Below, in pieces: positions 50,752 through 63,082 of a DNA stretch of 64,000 nucleotides (positions are counted from its first letter, which is position 1; each line of letters starts with the position of its first letter). A model generated the notes under the pieces. It was not told the origin of the DNA, searched no databases, and saw only the letters and a list, made by a program, of their open reading frames with translations. The stretch is from Octopus vulgaris (Eukaryota). The translations under genes and the position numbers were made by a program. The stretch covers positions 139,872,001-139,936,000 of the forward strand of contig OX597814.1 of assembly GCA_951406725.2 (NCBI GenBank), given 5' to 3'.

Positions 50752-51352
50752 CTACTTATTGCAGTCATTGGACTGAACCCATGCTGGAGCATCACTCAGA
50801 AGGGTTTAGTCGAACAAAGTGACCCAGTACTAATTATTTAAGTCTGGTACTTATTCTATTAGTCTCTTTTGCCAAACCACTAAGCTACAAGGAAATAATG
50901 AAACCAACCAGTTGTCAGGTGGTGGTGGTGGTGGTGTGTGTGAACACAAATACACACACACACACACACATACACACATACAGTGGGCTCCCACACAGTT
51001 TCCATTCACCAAATTCACTTACAAAGCATTGGTCAGCTTTTGAAACTATAATAGCTGGAATATAATGTTATGTACATGATTACCTATTTTACTTTTTACT
51101 TGCATCTTTATAGTAATTTTTGGATTTTACTTAATATCTGCAAGGGTTTTTTTCTTGCTTTTTCCTTTTCTTTTCCTTTTTTTTTTATCAGCTTCAATCT
51201 GCTTATTAATGTTTGATAGTTTTCATGCTGTTTTTACTAATGGCAAAAATCAGCAAGAATTCTACCATATCAAGCTTCCATACTGTGTAACTGAACCTGA
51301 AACCATATGGTTGCAAGGCGAACTTTGCAACAACCCAGCCATCCCTGCACCA
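50752..51352 (-). mobile_element. SINE family A interrupted by a 210-bp local duplicate
   Basis: SINE sequence stops at ~51057 and resumes at ~51268. Confidence 0.7.
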
Positions 51353-51372
51353 TTATTAATAATAGCGTCAAT

Positions 51373-51590
51373 AAGGTGGTGAGCTGGCAGAATCATTAGC
51401 ACACCTGGTGAAATGCTTAGTGGTATTTTGTCTGCTGCTACATTCTGGGTTCAAATTCCACCAAGGTTGACTTAGCCTTTCATCCTTTTGGAGTTGATAA
51501 ATTAAGTACCAGTTGAGTACTGGGGTCGATGTAATTGCCTATCCCCCTCCCCCAAATTTCAGGCCTTGTGCCTATATTAGAAAGAATTAT
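51373..51590 (+). mobile_element. SINE family B
   Basis: AAGGTGGTGAGCTGGCAGAATC...GGGTTCAAATTCC...CCTTTCATCCTTT. Confidence 0.8.
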
Positions 51591-52428
51591 TAATAACATC
51601 GATGGGATCATTTTTGTATGTTTGTCTATTGCTAAAGGATGAATTTTCAAAAATTAAGCAATCATTTGGACAGAGGATACACCACACATACAATAAGTAA
51701 GGCTTGAATTTATAACCATGTGATCAGTAGTTCAATGACTTGACCAAGTATATCGCATAAAGAGATGCAGAAATTCCAGTCACAGCATGGGCTTTCAGCT
51801 CTTATTTCTTTCTGCATTCATAGAGTGAGTATATACAACATTCTTGAATTAAAATCTACTTATACAAATATTATTTAATTATTGTTTTATGTCCGTTTAT
51901 CCACACTAACGCAAGTGGGATAGTTTTTGTCAATGTACATATTTGTTTATTGTGACAGGAGTGTTTTATAGCTGCTATTTACTCAATTGTGAAATGAAAA
52001 GACATTTTTCCCATGTTGATAAACGAAATTCATATCCTAACAATGTGTCTTTTAATGTATGTAATATTGTTTGAACTCAAGACAATTCGGTCAGCAATCT
52101 AGCTTGTTGACCTCTTAGGAAATTTACAAGGAAGATGCTATGGTCTCTTCAGCACTCCTGGTTGTTGTAAATTACATTAGTATTTGGTATGCTGAGGTAT
52201 GATGCAAACTTATTACACTAAAGTGCTTTTATTCAGTAATAATAGCCTGAGATGTTATTACATAAATATCAGCTATGAAACTGAAGATACACCAATGTCA
52301 AATAATAGAGAAGCAAAACTGATACAACAAAAAATGCTAATTGCACACCTGTTAGAAGTCTTTCATTTCTAGAAATGCAAGAGATGCAAGCAACAAATGG
52401 GAACCATAAATGATAGGATTAGACACAC

Positions 52429-52530
<102 letters not shown>

Positions 52531-52753
52531 CTCTCCTCTTTCTCTCTCTCCCCTCTCTCTCTCACACACATGCACACAAACACACACACACACACATTCA
52601 ATCATTTGCATTATAGCTATTTAGTTTTTATATATGTACTTATGTATGTAAACACTGCTTCTCTCATTCTTACACACATACTTGACAACTTTTAGTGAAT
52701 GTTGGTCATTAAATGATGATCGATATATATATATATATATACACACACGTGTT

Positions 52754-52790
<37 letters not shown>

Positions 52791-53127
52791 TAAACTGAGG
52801 AAAAGAAATCCTTCAAAAGGGTGTGTTAAACATCCAATTCACTGGTACGTCATTTGGATACCTTACAAATATTGGTATAATTGAATTATAAAGATAAATT
52901 AAATATAAAGATATTCAATTGACAATCCAATAATTTATTTATATTACAATATTACATTAAATACTATGAATATAATATATAACATATAACATAAAATAAT
53001 ATTATATGACATAAATAATTATAAAAAAACATAAAAGGCCAACAAATTGTTTCGACTGTAAAATCCAGCTGTCCTTTCACAAACTATATATATATAATGG
53101 AACTGTGATTATTATTATTATTATTAT

Positions 53128-53502
53128 TATTTCCTCCCCCTCAGCAAAGGTAGAGGTTTTCAGTCATGTTTGTTATTGTTTGTTTGTTTGTCCATCTACA
53201 AGATATCTCAAGAACTGCTGGATGGATTTGGATAAAACTTTCAGGGATGGTTGGCTTCATGACTGGCACAAAATGATTAGATTTGGGGACATATCCAGTA
53301 CCAGACAAGGATTCTGGATTATTTTTCTGGGTTTTGTTTTATTTAATTTTTGAGAGTGGTCAGATTCATGTTTAGTATTCTCGCTTATGAGAGCAGTCGA
53401 GTGTATTTCAGATATTCTCATTTTAAAAATCATCTCTGGCTAATCATTGAGAGGACATTGGTGTTGCCTTGGTGGAGGTTTGCACTCTCTGAATGATCTT
53501 GT
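53128..53502 (+). mobile_element. Helentron-associated (HINE/DINE-1-like) non-autonomous element
   Basis: 5' CCTCCCCC sub-terminal repeat, (TTTG)n tract, 3' CCTTGGTGGAGG plus GCACTCTCTGAATG hairpin remnant, T-rich insertion site. Confidence 0.6.
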
Positions 53503-54197
53503 TATTATTATTATTATTGTTCATAAAGTTAAATTTTGATTACTTTTGCCTTGTATTATATCACACAGCTGGCATAATCTTGATGAGTATGACTTCATTG
53601 CACTTTTATGTAAATAGAAACAAAAAGGATGAGATTAATAGTCCAACTAATGTATTATTATTTTAATAATAGTTATAAATACCAATATAAAATATCTGTT
53701 TTTCTATTTTTCAAAAGTAATATTTAGGTTAATATTTAAAAACTCCTTAAATATCTTTTTCAAAAAATTGGAGTTCGCTGCAACTAAATTTCAGTTCTCT
53801 CAAATGTATAGGTTATTAATGTATCTTTAATAATGTTTATTTATTATCAATTATTTGAACATCATTATCATTCAGTTTATCGTTCTTAAACTATTTGCAT
53901 CAAATCTTTCAATTCACATTAATATACATTCATGTATATAAGTGAATCATTGAATTGAATTTCTTGGTACTAGTTAGAAAAGTTCACTAAAATTAGACTA
54001 CTATTTAATCTTTTAAAAATCAGTATCCTTTGTGAAATGATTTGAATTTTATTGGTATTCATTGATATGTATGTATTTATATATAAATGTGTGTATGGGG
54101 GGGTGCTTGCATGCGTGTTTATGTATATAGGAGCTCAGCACAGTCTTCTGACCTGTCAGATCCTGTCAAATCATCCAACCCCTGCTAGCATGGAATA

Positions 54198-54454
54198 AAA
54201 ATAGAAGCGCCCTTTTTAAAGCCTTGCCAGGCTCATGGGCCTGGTTTCCCGGTTTCCATGGTGTATGTGTTCCCCATCTGGATGGGATGCCAGTCCATCG
54301 CAGCGTTACTCATTTTTGCCAGCTGAGTGGACTGGAGCAACGTGAAATGAAGTGCTTTGCTCAAGAACACAATGCGTTGCCTGGTCTAGGAATTGAAACC
54401 ACAATCTTACGATCATGATGCTGACACCCTAACCACTAAGCCATGCGCCTACAC
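54198..54454 (-). mobile_element. SINE family D with 14-bp TSD, nested in a family C tail
   Basis: TSD GCTAGCATGGAATA at 54184-54197 and 54455-54468; minus-strand A-box TGGCTTAGTGG and B-box-like GGTTTCAATTCC. Confidence 0.88.
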
Positions 54455-54763
54455 GCTAGCATGGAATAGAGATGCTAAATGATGGTTGCCAGATTTGACT
54501 GGGCCTGATGAAGCCTTCTGGCTTCACAGACCCCTGTAGAACCGTCCAACCCATGCTAGCATGGAAAACGGACGCTAAATGATGATGATGATGATTATGC
54601 AAATATATATCAATATTATTAACTACAGGCATGGACATGTGTTTAAGAACCTTGGGCAAGTGTTTTCTCTTATAGCCTTGGGTCAAGCAAAGCTTTGTGA
54701 GTAGATTTGGTTGATGAAAACTGCAAGAAGTTTGTTATATATATGTAGATACATATACATATA

Positions 54764-54904
54764 TAGATGGTAGCATTTTTTGCCATTATAGTAGGGTTGT
54801 TCTATACAGAACTATGTTACTACATTTTAAAATGGGGTTAAAATGTAGTAACATAGTTCTGTATAGAACAGCCATGATATAGTGGCAAAAAATGTTACCA
54901 TCTA
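54764..54904. repeat. 141-bp palindrome (67-bp arms, 7-nt loop); fold-back MITE or hairpin RNA
   Basis: 54764-54830 vs 54838-54904: 6 mismatches, apical 33 bp perfect, TA at both ends. Confidence 0.9.
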
Positions 54905-54960
54905 GTATTGTTACTATTTATAGCTCATTTAGAGATTTTAGAACTAGCTATTTTGCCCGT

Positions 54961-55008
<48 letters not shown>

Positions 55009-55178
55009 TACATGCATATATGTATGTGTATATATTTCAGGAGAAACACTCAACCTGAAATTTGGCATTGGTCTGAAGCTTTTGGGTTTCAGACTGTTGC
55101 CAAAATTCTTCAAGTGTAGAAAATCCTGGTTTCACTATGGCCACACTTTTATGTGGGTTCGGCAAAGAGTAAATTATA

Positions 55179-55469
55179 ATCCAAATTATAAGAAGACAAA
55201 GAAATTCTTTAACACATCTTTAATGGTTCATTACATTTATTTCAGTACCAACTCTACTTGCAACACCAGTTTATGCAAAAGTTGAAATTGAAAATTTATG
55301 TAATGTTTGCAATTTTAGACATTAGAGTGGCTCTTCATCGGCAAGCATTATGTAAATTTTCAATTTCAACTTTTGCATAAATTGGTTTTGCAAGCAGAAT
55401 TGGTACAGAAACAGATGTAACAAACCATTAAAGATGTGTTAAAGAATTTATTTGTCTTATTATTTGGAT
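55179..55469. repeat. Long inverted repeat (~130-bp arms, 30-bp spacer)
   Basis: 55179-55310 vs 55341-55469; minus-strand spacer reads CCGATGA-AGAGCCACTCTAATGTCT-AAAA. Confidence 0.88.
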
Positions 55470-55487
55470 CATTCATTCATTCATCAC

Positions 55488-56292
55488 TGTAAATAAAGAT
55501 AGTGGCCCGAGGATATTAGACCAGACTTAGGAAAATATGGCAGCTGGAACTCTACTGTTACAACAAAACAATATCCTACAGAGGATTTGCAGTACCAGTG
55601 CTGATCCCAACATTTGGGATACTTGATTGGTCTGTAGAGGAAATCCACTCCATAGATATCAAAACTCACAAAATCCTGACAATAACTGGGAACTTCCACA
55701 GAAACAGTGATGTTGACAGGCTCTACCTAAGAAGAAATGAAGGTGGTAGTGATCTGAAATCATTGTAGACAGCCTTCAAATGCCATATGGTATCACTCAG
55801 GTAGCACCTGCTAAACAACAGCAGCAAAAATAAATATATTAATGCAGTCCTGAAAAGTGAAGTGAGCAACATTGTACAAGTTGGCAGTGAACTCAAGAAA
55901 TACTCTCTTTCTGATGATCTCCTATACAGCCCCAAAACAGCTGGGCTCTCTTACCTCAGAGAAGACTTGAATGGAAAGCACTCAGCATACAAAAAAAGAC
56001 CATGTATGGGTATGCTGCCTGGAAGCTTGAAGACAAAGACCACTACATCACATCACACTTTGAAGGCTATGCGTTTGCAATCCAGGAACAGGAGATTGCC
56101 ACAAAGTACCTGGTGAACAAGAGAGACAGTGATGCTCTTGTAATCCCAAGGTGCAACCACATGTGTAGACTATGTCATGTTTCTATGGAAGACATTATGC
56201 ATGTGATTAGCAGCTGTCCTAAAATGTTGTTATGATACTACCCCCTTATGAGGCACGATGTTGTTGCTAAAACAATTTACAATGCCATCCGT
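55488..56292 (+). mobile_element. R4/Dong-clade (RLE-type) non-LTR retrotransposon remnant
   Basis: RKIWQLELYCYNK...FAVPVLIPTFGILDW...IDIKTHKILT...FHRNSDVDRLYLRRNEGG, then EGYAFAIQEQ, CRLC...E...HVISSC zinc knuckle and RHDVVA; stops and frameshifts. Confidence 0.8.
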
Positions 56293-56619
56293 AGTTTTCA
56301 ATGTAAACATGTCTGGGCTGTTTATTGTTCAAAAGAGTTGAAGATTAACACCTCACTTAAAAGCAGGTGGAGGTTAGCATCAAGAAGGGCATCCAGCTAT
56401 AGAAAACTCTACACCAACAGTGCCTCATCTGACACAGACAAGCAGGAGAAAGAAAATTTTAAAATGACAATGATGAAAATAAGAGCATGAAGTTATGAAG
56501 TTATTTGAATTTAAAACTGTTCAGTTGGGTTTTTCATGAATCTTAGTGAAATAATATGCACCCCAAGAAAAACAAGAAAAAAATGACTATTTTCTTGATT
56601 TGTATAAAGTTTTTCAACA

Positions 56620-56930
56620 CAGTTGCTCTCTCCTCAATCTACTATTGTATCTTTACTATTCTAGCTTCTACTCCTTGCAAGGAACTGGTCTTGTGTTGTC
56701 ACCATTCAAACCCTCCTGACTCACTGTTTTTTCTGCTCTCATCTCTCTATATCTCTACTCTCAATGATTCTGCGTAAACACTTTTGCTCAGTCATTTCTC
56801 CAAAAATTAGCAGTTTTCCTGGAATCCCTTCTCTAACCATGTTCTTGCCTATAGTTGTCATGTGGTACATCAATGACATATATCTCACACCAGTTTCAGA
56901 AGCCTTGTAAGGGGTGGTGGTCATCAATCT
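56620..56930 (+). mobile_element. CR1/Jockey-group LINE 3' remnant
   Basis: NTFAQSF...WNPFSNHV, plus a CACCAGT...GCCTTGTAAGGG tail similar to 45450-45480. Confidence 0.4.
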
Positions 56931-57446
56931 TTCCTTTAGAGCCACCAGTTAAAAGAAGAGAAAATGAATACACCCAATATATATTCAAATCAGATAACAC
57001 TATTAAAATTATAAATAAATGCTGTATAATTCATATCTAAATTTAAAATATTATGACCAACAATAAAAATATCCTTGACTATATAAATATGTATTTATCT
57101 GAAAGTTTTGCAGATATGTATATACTGCAAAATTTTTACATGTTTTTTTACTGTTTCCATCGTAACAGATATTTATTTGTTATTTCTTCAAGTAATTGGT
57201 AGACAAATAAATGCATTAGCCTACATTACTCAAACATAAATCTGAGATTATACCTAATTTCTAAAATCAAATAGAAATAGCATCCAAATCTCCCTTCAAT
57301 GATAGCTTACCATCTTAAAAAAGAAGGGATATATTGAATAGTGCATCCTCGATACATAATATCTGAAAAAAAAAAGCCATTTACTAATGTTGATTGTTAC
57401 ATTATAAACCTACAGATTTTTAATCTACTCAGAGTTATCTTCTGTA

Positions 57447-57491
57447 TCTCCTATTGAGGAAGGCTAAGGAGCCAGAAATGCATCTAGGAGA
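57447..57491 (+). ncRNA. Type I hammerhead motif with C3-to-U core change
   Basis: 7-bp stem I TCTCCTA/TAGGAGA; TTGAGGA; stem II GGCT-AAGG-AGCC; GAAA; palindromic ATGCAT stem III; AUC site (57484). Confidence 0.7.
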
Positions 57492-60157
57492 CAACTGGAG
57501 AATGACACTAAGAGATAACGTGATTTTACACCTTTTACCATAAGCACAAATTTTTGTTTTCTCTGTTTAAGCTGCAGTGAAATTACTTTTAGAACTTAAA
57601 ATATATCACAATCATATTTGAACTAAACTAAAGTTTGTTTATTTCTCCTCACTCCTTAACACTACTACAACTACTGCTGTGTGTATGTGTTTGTGTTTTC
57701 CCCATTTCTAGACATTACATGATGATTGTAAATTATCTTCACTGTAATTCAAACAAGGTTGTTCATTTCTGGTCTTCTGTATAAAAACATGTCTAGCAAT
57801 AGGAAAATATCACATTGTCTGGAAACAGGTGAACATTATTGGCAACAGGAAGGATAACCAACCATAGCAAAATCTGCCTCAACAAATTCTGTCTGACAAT
57901 GCAAGTGAACATTAAATGATAATGTTTCCTTAAAGGTAAAGGAAACAATTGCTTTTGCATTCTGATTTAATTGATTGTATGGATTCTTTTTTCATAGATT
58001 CTAATTCCATCTCAAAAACACCCATCACTGGTATTTAGGATGTTATGCACAGCATTGCTAATCTTCATGTATTCTAATATAACAAAAGGCTTCTGTTAGC
58101 TCTTAAGTTTATGGAGAAAAACACTTATTTCTTCTTGACTACTTTTGCTGACCATTATTTATTTATTTATTTATCACACTCATAACTTTTACATTTATTT
58201 TCTTAATGGTTCCCAATACTTTTTTTTTTTTGATCATCTCATTTTCACCATTTACCAAAGTACTCTAATGTGATGGACATTCCAGCCTGACAAGTTACAC
58301 ATTCTCTCAACAGGAACCAAAGAATGCAATGCTTTTATAAGATCTGTTACTCTTGAAATTTCCAAATGTTTTCTATTTTTAGATTCTTTGATTTCTGTAT
58401 TGTAGTAAGAGTCTTATCTTTTATCAGATAATGATTCCTTGTTTTCTTTTTCTGATTGGTTTTATTTTTTAACTATTTATATGTTGTTGCCTTAAAATAA
58501 TCAGTACAAAAACATAAAATATAAGGCATTCTTATTTTTAAACCAAACAATATTTGTACAAAAATGTTGACATAGAAATATATATTAAAGTGAATAGATA
58601 ATTGCATGTCTAAATTAATGTGAATTAAATGATTTTTTTAGCCAAAAAAGAAATTTTTAGAATTAATTACATATTGTCCACTACTGGACAATTATTTCTT
58701 GATATTTGACAGAGTTATACGTTTAAATTTGAAATAATGGAATTTTTAAAATGCATCAAATACACAGTTTTTTTTTAGTTTTGTTGTTTGCTTATTACAA
58801 AGTTCTTAAAATTTCTTGTCATTAGTTATGTATTGCACTATTTCATTCTTTTTAGAAACCTTCAGTATGATATGACTCTAGTTTTTCTTTTTTAGTTTCA
58901 ATTCAAATCTGAATTACTATCAACATTTCTTTCATAATATGGTGGTGTAATTATGGGCTCATATTTGACTACTGCTGAATTCTGTTATATTTTTAGTCTA
59001 GACACTTAATTCTACTTGTACTTTAGACAAAATTTTCTGAGGAAATTTTCTATGCTATGCTATTGATTACTATTTCATTTTTTTAGGAAATTTATCTTTC
59101 AATCAGCTTAAAGTTTCAGATACTGTATTTAATCACTGCTCCTGCCCACCTCAGTGGCTTGTGAAGAGATTAACTCCTTTTATAACATTGTTTTATTTTA
59201 TTTGAAAATATATTTCTTTTACTACTAATCTCACTTAATATTGTCTATATGGATAATTTCTCCTTTGTGAAATATAAAACTGCTAAACTTCTTATTTAAT
59301 TTAATTTTCTTCTCCCTTTCTCTTTTTTTGTTTTCATCATGTGATTGGTGTTATGCTCATGATATATAATCAATAGATATGAAGATTGACCATTTTTCCA
59401 ATACTTTCTTCAATATCTTCACATTTTTATCAACATTTTTTCCATTTCTGTATATTTCCCTACATTTTTCAAAATAGATTTTCTCTATTTCTCTGTCTTT
59501 AATCACTGTGAAACCTGACTCTATTTCTGGAATAGCAATATTTTATAGCTTCTTAAGTTAGCTTTTAATCCTACTACTATTTATTACTCTTTCTTTGTGT
59601 TTATGGTAACTATTTGTAAAATATATATTTCTATTTATTATTTTAACAGTGGAATTCAATGTTGATAAAGTACGTAAAATATTAGGTTAAAACCCTTGAT
59701 AAAACATGTAGAATAATGGGTTAAGACCCTTTGGATAGAAAAAAATTTGAAGGATACCCATGGGACTTGAACCCTTCAAATTTTCTTTATCCATTTTTTT
59801 TTTTTACCAAAAAGAATTGTATATTATTCAAATAATAGGTCATTATTGTTTTTTTTCCTAGAAATTTTGAGAAGCATGAAATAAATAATTTTAATGGTGG
59901 ATCTCAATGTTGATAAAGCTATAAATAAATAGCATGTAGAATATTAGGTTAAAAACCCCTTGGATAGAAAAATTCACAAGCTGCCTGTAAGATTTGAACC
60001 TTCATGTATGTGGTGCTACCATTGTAACATTACACACTCACACGTGCATGCGTGTGCACACACACACACGAATTAGAGGTTGAATTGTGTCAATTGAATG
60101 AGAGAGGAATGCTCAATACATGTTGTAAACCATATGGCTTATTGAAACTGATTTTTT

Positions 60158-60203
60158 ATTTCACAACTCAAATTTCACATTGTTGCAATCTTCAGATGTA
60201 AAT
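60158..60203 (-). ncRNA. Degenerate hammerhead motif
   Basis: Minus strand TTTACAT-CTGAAGA-TTGCAACAATGT-GAAA-TTTGAGTT-GTGAAA; core intact but all stems eroded. Confidence 0.4.
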
Positions 60204-60584
60204 CTCAAGTCAAAAGATAAAATCTCACTTTAATAAATTATATACAAGATGCAGAAAAAAACCCCCTCCCATTTATCATTCTTGATAAATGTTTCAACAG
60301 TGTGTACCATTCCAAACCATAATGGAAACTGGGGAAAAAATGGTAAAGCATTAGCTACATGAAGACATTGTTACCACTTGTGTAACTTCATTAACAGCAG
60401 AGTGCAGCACAATACCTATGGGAAGTTTTGCTGCAAAGCTGTGTGTGTGTGTTTGTGTGTGCGCGCGCGCGCGCGCGTGTGTGTGCATGTTTGTGTCTGT
60501 CTCTCACCACTTGGCAGCCAGTGCAGATTTGTTTATAACCCCATAACTTTGTAGTTCAGCAAATGAGTTAATAATATAATTACC

Positions 60585-60819
60585 TATTTTTTTTACTACC
60601 TACAAGGGGCTAAACACAGAGGGGACAAACAAGGACAGACAAACAGATTAAGTCGATTATATCGACCCCAGTGCGTAACTGGTGCTTAATTTATCGACCC
60701 CGAAAGGATGAAAGGCAAAGTCGACCTCAGCGGAATTTGAACTCAGAACATAACGGCAGACGAAATACGGCTATGCATTTTGCCCGGCGTGCTAATGATT
60801 CTGCCAGCTCACCACCTTC
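60585..60819 (-). mobile_element. Young SINE family B with 16-bp TSD, nested in an older SINE tail
   Basis: TSD TAATAATATAATTACC at 60569-60584 and 60822-60837. Confidence 0.9.
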
Positions 60820-61380
60820 AATAATAATATAATTACCAGACTTAGAATAAGTACTAGTGTCACTTTAATTCACTAAAATAAAAAACTTTGAAACCAGTGC
60901 TCAATCATAGCTGCAATCAAATAGTTGAAACAAGTAAAAGAATGAAAGAAAGAATCTACATATTGCTCAAAGAAACAAGAAGTGTAAATTCTTATTCTGT
61001 TATGCACATAGTTATGGTGTTATACTCTTAAATATGTTCATGCATAGTTAGTATTTAATGATGTTCTCTAGACATTTTAAACACCTACAGCACCATATTC
61101 TTATCAAGTATATGGTTATGCATCATTATTGCTTGAAGAAAAGTTTACTAAGAAACTTTAAGCATATATTCAATTTTATTTTATTCACTGGCGATAAAGA
61201 ACAGTTACACTAAGTTATGTATGGTATATTGTAATCATTGAAGAAGAGGGTTTTTTTTTTATATCCAAGTTAGATATTTATTCAAATTTTTAAAAAGAAT
61301 GTAATAATAATGACATTTTTACATCTTATTTCTCTATTATCCGTTTGTACTTTTTTGCTTCTTTTAGCCTTTATATTTCG

Positions 61381-61772
61381 TCATCATCATCATATGTCTG
61401 TTGTCCATGCTGGTTTGGGTTGGACAGTCTGACCAGAGCTGGGCTGGAGAGCTGCACCAGACTCCAGTCTGTTTAGGCATGGTTTCTATGGCTGGATGAC
61501 CTTCCTAATGCCAACCACTTTACAGAGTGTGCTGGGTGCTTTTACATAGCACTGCATGGGAGCTCTTATGTGGCATTGCATGGGTGCTTTTACGCAGACA
61601 TTTCTACATGGCACTGCACAGGCACTTTTATGTGTCACCACTATGAGTGCTTTGCACCACCAAAGGAACCGGTCTTAACACTTCTGCTGTGGAGTATGGG
61701 TGTTCTTGAGTACAACAAGGCACTATGCATCTCTGTCCTTTATCATCTCACCTGAAAGGTTCAGTGTCCTGA
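61381..61772 (-). mobile_element. SINE family C (diverged)
   Basis: CCATGCTGG...GGTTGGACAG...CCTTCCTAATGCCAACCACT, then degenerate GTGCTTTTAC repeats. Confidence 0.7.
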
Positions 61773-61882
61773 GATTGTTATTTTGTTTAAAATAAATTTA
61801 CATGTTGATTTAGATTAATATTGCTTGTGCAAGTCATTTAAATTAACTGACTAGGTAGATGCATGGATACATAGAGCTTTAC

Positions 61883-61918
<36 letters not shown>

Positions 61919-62246
61919 ACAGGCATATGTATGTATGTATGTGCATGCATGTGTGCATATAGGTGTGTATTTGTGCTTCTTGGTTTGACATCACAGGAGA
62001 GTTATAAATGGCCATTACTATCATACAAACAAAGTCCCTCATTTCCAGGTTTCTGTGAAAACATGTCTAGTCATGGGGACATATTACCTTGCTTGGAAAC
62101 AGATGAAGGGAGATGCTAGAAAAGGCATCCAACTGTAGAAAATTTGTCTCATCAAATTCTATCTGACTCATAAAAGCACAGAAAAGTAGACATTTTAATG
62201 ATGATGATAATGATGTGTTGTTTATTTTGAATCTTTGAACATTATT

Positions 62247-62386
62247 AGGCGTAGGAGTGGCTGTGTGATAAGTAGCTTGCTTACCAACCACATGGTTCCA
62301 TGTTCAGTCCCACTGTGTGGCACCTTGGGCAAGTGTCTTCTACTATAGCCTCGGGCCGACCAAAGCCTTGTGAGTGGATTTGGTAA
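62247..62386 (+). mobile_element. SINE family A head (young)
   Basis: AGGCGTAGGAGTGGCTGTGTG...GTTCAGTCCCACTG...CCTTGGGCAAGTGTCTTCTACTATAGCCTCGGGCCGACC. Confidence 0.85.
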
Positions 62387-63082
62387 ACACACACACACAC
62401 ACACACACACACACCACCACCACCACCACCACCACCACCACCACCACCACCACACACACATATATTATTTCATTTGGGTACTTATTTTATCAATTCCTAC
62501 TTGTCAGACTACAAACTTACAGGACACAAATGAACCATACTTGCACCAGTCTATATATTATTGAAATGATTTTTGTCCTTGAAACTAAAATATTTTTCAT
62601 TCCTCAAAACCATTTTTTCTTTTTCTTTTTTTTTTTAAAACTTATTTGGGATTTCTGGACATGTTGTTGAAAAGAGTTCCACTCACAAGAATAAGAAATA
62701 TTTATCTCATGTTCTAATTGCAGCATTTATTTGCCAATTTGTTTTGTTTTTTTTTATTAATGCTATCTTAGTTTATAAACATTACCTATGGAAAAACCCT
62801 CTTCATAGTTTTTGTTATTTTCTCTTTCTCTGTTTTTTTATCTCTACCAAAATAATCAATTATTGTTTGTGATTGATTTCATAATGAAATTGAATTAGAA
62901 TTCTACTTCAATGCATGTATGTGTCCATGTTTGTATTAATGTTTATACTTATCTGAAAACCAGTATTATATCATGTTATGTTCATTTGTGTCCTGAAAGT
63001 TTTCAGCCTGACAAGTAGGAATTGATAAAATAAGCACCCAAATGAAATAATATACATGTGTGTGGTTGGGTGTGTGTGTATA

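Noticed and set aside
53040-53075. Minus-strand CTG-GATTTTA-CAG-TC-GAAACAATTTGTT hammerhead 3' half
   Set aside because: The CUGANGA box is absent, so it was not counted as a ribozyme.
62247-62320. tRNA gene candidates at SINE heads
   Set aside because: A/B-box-like motifs run into SINE bodies and do not close a cloverleaf; no true tRNA, rRNA or snRNA recognised.
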